11,233 nt of DNA from Octopus sinensis. Taxonomy: Eukaryota. The notes under the pieces are model-generated. The model was not told the origin of the DNA. It saw nothing but the letters and a program-made list of their open reading frames with translations, and did not search any database. Every line of letters begins with the position of its first letter. Positions within the stretch are counted from its first letter, which is position 1. Of the stretch, positions 8,444-11,233 are shown in pieces. The stretch is taken from assembly GCF_006345805.1 (NCBI RefSeq), contig NW_021827728.1, positions 1 to 11,233 of the forward strand, given 5' to 3'. Made by a program: the position numbers and the translations under genes.

Positions 8444-8841
8444 GTGCGTGCAACTCTTTGTTTTTGTTGTGTATGTAATTGTATTAAAAAAATAATCTCT
8501 GTGATAAGTGTATAGAACCTAATAACACTCTATCGTTTACATCATATTAAGTTCTGGCACTTGCGTTGTGTGTGTATGTGTTTGAATGTTTTATTCTGTT
8601 TTTTCTTTTTATTTTTCCTAAATTCATTTCTGAGACAGCTATTATTGTAATCCGTCTCTCTGTTTTTCAGTTGTACTTTCTGGTTATCTCCATTTCTAGA
8701 TCTATATATTTGCTTACTATCACAATTTTGCTGAGTTTGATTTTTATTTTAGCGTAGTAAACCATCCTTTCTAATTTACTTTCCATGCAACCTTATCTCA
8801 ATTATTTATATTTGTATCAGTGTTAGAAATATAGAACTTGC

Positions 8842-8976
8842 CATCGTCCTCCATATCATCATCGTCATCATCATTATCATCCTCCTCCTCCTCATCATCA
8901 TCATGACCACCACCACCAGCATCATCAACATCATCCTCATCATCAACATCATCTTTATCTTCGTCACCATCATCAT
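8842..8976. repeat. (CAT)/(CCT)/(CAC) trinucleotide microsatellite
   Basis: Directly visible. Gives the poly-D/E minus-strand ORF. Confidence 0.93.
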
Positions 8977-8982
8977 TGTCAG

Positions 8983-9209
8983 AGCTGTGATCAGGCAGAA
9001 ATCTGAGCGCGACGGACAAAATGCATAATGAAATTACTTTCTTTTTGTTTACCTTTTTCTTCTTATTTTTTTAGTTCAAATTCAGCTGGTGTCTATTTTA
9101 CCTTTCCTCCTATCGTAGACGATAAAATAAATTATCAATCAAGTACGGCGTTCGATATAATGGACTTAACCCTCCCCTCAAAATTGTTGATCCTTTCCAA
9201 AATTTAGAA
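8983..9209 (+). mobile_element. Old, highly diverged copy of the tRNA-derived SINE
   Basis: Collinear with 5960 onward: GGCAGAAATCTGAGCGCGACGGACAAAATGC (head), AGTTCAAATTC (B box), CCTTTCCTCCTATCGTAGACGATAAAATAA, TCGATATAATGGACTTAACCCTCCCCTCAAAATT. Confidence 0.75.
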
Positions 9210-9839
9210 GAGTTTATCATTTTTTCATTAATTTTCATCGCTAAATGAACAGATTGATTATTTTCCACAGAAAACAAAATGACAAATAGAAAAATGCCGA
9301 AGGAAATTGCAGGACAAAATGGCGGAAAAGTGCTTTGCAAACTTAATTTTCTGTGTTGGAATTCTGTTAGGGTCCGGTTTTGTAATTTATACTTTCAAAG
9401 GCCGATAAAATATAATATGAAAATCGATTTAAGATATTGCACATCTCTCTCAAAATTAGTTTAATGGTCTTATGATATGAAAGAATTATAATCCTTCTTA
9501 ATATAATGGAATATAATCGAGTCGCGTCCTGTTGTCTACATAAATCGATTATTCCCATCAGAAGAGATTCGGTGGCTTTGTACCAGCGTTAGACATCTCT
9601 ATGGTTCAGGGTGGAGATCTAAACGTGGCCTGAGAGTGTTACAATCTGAATTTTCGTCTGTAATTTTCTAGCAGCAAAAGGCACCGGATTTAGTATAAAG
9701 GGGCATACTCAAGCACACCTACTGTCGTCCATATTTGATGATGCGAAATGTATTAATAACATCGTAGGTCTGGATACAGAGTGACACTGTTATTCTTGAA
9801 AGTTCTGGATTTCTACGTAACGAGATCTTCGTGATCTCG

Positions 9840-10061
9840 ATTTAGGCCTTGTGTCTAAGAGAGAATATTATTCAAAATAAAAGGAGAAGCGATTGTTAAG
9901 TACCAGTTGAATACTGGGGTTGATATTCGACTGACCCACTGCCTCGAAATTCCTGACCTTCTGCCAAAATTTGACCCCCATTCTTATATATTTTGAGGTC
10001 GATGTCGCCGACTTAAGACTTTCTCCGACATCGCGGGGCTTGAACCTAAATAAGAAAAAGA
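9840..10061 (+). mobile_element. Three stacked SINE 3' fragments (9840-9872, 9896-9974, 9994-10061)
   Basis: ATTTAGGCCTTGTGTCTA, TTAAGTACCAGTTGAATACTGGGGTTGAT..CGACT and TGAGGTCGATGTCGCCGACTTAA each match parts of the SINE body or tail at 6087-6130 and 6263-6345. Confidence 0.65.
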
Positions 10062-10070
10062 CTGCTGTTG

Positions 10071-10107
10071 CTACAACTACTACCACCACCAACAACAACA
10101 AAACAAA

Positions 10108-10170
<63 letters not shown>

Positions 10171-10378
10171 GGCTGATAATGATTAGGATAATGATGATGG
10201 CGATGATGTTGATGATAGCTATGGTGATGATGATGGCGATCGATGATAGTGGCGGTGGTGGTGATAGCGAGAGTGATGGTGTTGATGGTAACGATGGTGA
10301 TGGTGATGATGATGATAATGATGGTGGTGGTGGTGGTGGTGATGGTGATGATGATGATAATGATGGTGATGGTGATGA
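10071..10378. repeat. (CAC/CAA)-(ACT)12-(GCT)8-(GAT/GGT)n compound microsatellite
   Basis: Directly visible. Gives the poly-T/A, poly-L, poly-S and poly-H ORFs. Confidence 0.96.
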
Positions 10379-10789
10379 GGAGTAGGATAACATTGCCGCC
10401 GACGACGTGATGGTCGTGATTCTTCGGAGAAAAACGATATCAGAAAACAACTTGATTTCACTTAAAACGTGATATCCACGGATGGCGTATGATACCGTTC
10501 TGACGAGAGGGGGCGCTTGGATGTATTGTTTTTGTTTTTTTTGATATTGGTGTTTCTGTTCAAGTTATTGTCGTTACACGTGAATACTGAACTTCGCTTT
10601 GGCCTTTTTTTTTAATTTTTTGCTTTCTTTTGTTTCTATTTTCCTCATATATACTTCGAAAATTTATTACAAATTTGTTTGCCTGCAAGTACGAACGTAT
10701 TCTGGCACGCATCTCCCCGCGTACGAATACAAGTGCTGTGTTATGTACGTGTACGTAAACACCTGTGTACGTTTGTGTGTACGTCTGTT

Positions 10790-11181
10790 TGTGCGTGTGT
10801 GTGTGTCTGTGTATATATATATATAAATATATACCTACACAAACATGCAAGCACACGCATGCACACATCTATATGATTAAGAACATTTAAACAAAACAGG
10901 CACGCGCATTCATACACACATACATACATACATAGATACATACATACGGAGGTATGTACACTATTACACAGAGACACACAGACATACAGTCACACTATAC
11001 ACTCAAATATATATGAATGTGTTTGTATATATATATATATATATACATACGCACTTAAATTACGTGTACAAACCCCACCCCTGCACTCTCTCAATACATC
11101 TGTTATATATGTCTGTGTATGCGTGTGCTTCTATCAATCTATCTATCTATCTATCTATCTATATCTATCTATCTATATATC

Positions 11182-11233
<52 letters not shown>
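10790..11233. repeat. (TG)/(CA)/(CATA)/(TATC)/(TA) low-complexity tract running off the window end
   Basis: Directly visible, with (TATC)n then (TA)n from ~11130. Confidence 0.93.

Noticed and set aside
9821-9839. Perfect 7-bp hairpin CGAGATC-TTCGT-GATCTCG as a Helitron 3' end or terminator
   Set aside because: No CTRR terminus at the expected spacing and no U-tract. A 7-bp stem is expected by chance in 11 kb.
9971-10461. Poly-T/A, poly-L, poly-D/G, poly-H and poly-S ORFs
   Set aside because: Trinucleotide microsatellite read in five frames, with no splice-supported boundaries.
10503-10517. Second CTCF-like motif (ACGAGAGGGGGCGCT)
   Set aside because: Only the 3' half (AGGGGGCGC) fits. The 5' half has several mismatches to CCASY.
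1-11233. CRISPR array, prokaryotic operon or autonomous transposon
   Set aside because: No regularly spaced repeat-spacer array, no long non-repetitive ORF, and no transposase or reverse-transcriptase motifs. Composition is that of an animal intron.

Overview
AT-rich, microsatellite-saturated eukaryotic non-coding DNA, most likely a long intron of a cephalopod (Octopus-like) gene. The taxon is inferred from my recollection of the abundant octopus tRNA-derived SINE, not from a search. Most ORFs in the track are translations of simple repeats, and none gives a recognisable protein. Supported structure: (1) a near-identical ~1.2 kb tandem duplication (417-1627 / 1628-2829), which may be a real duplication or an assembly/haplotype artefact; (2) inside each unit, a TA-flanked Tc1/mariner (Tc2/pogo-like) MITE with a CTCF-like motif, and a retroposon 3' tail; (3) an older, diverged third copy of a ~220 bp non-coding module at 2976-3196; (4) a TTAA-flanked piggyBac-like non-autonomous element at 4662-5222; (5) several same-strand tRNA-derived SINE copies and fragments; (6) many compound microsatellites. 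More speculative: three phase-compatible small + strand exon candidates (51, 9 and 32 nt) that join to DWMQSLETCNALGVYGD-LRH-CTTDCICVCLG, and two mutually complementary compound microsatellite arms that bracket the last two of them. No host gene could be identified and no novel system is demonstrated by sequence alone.
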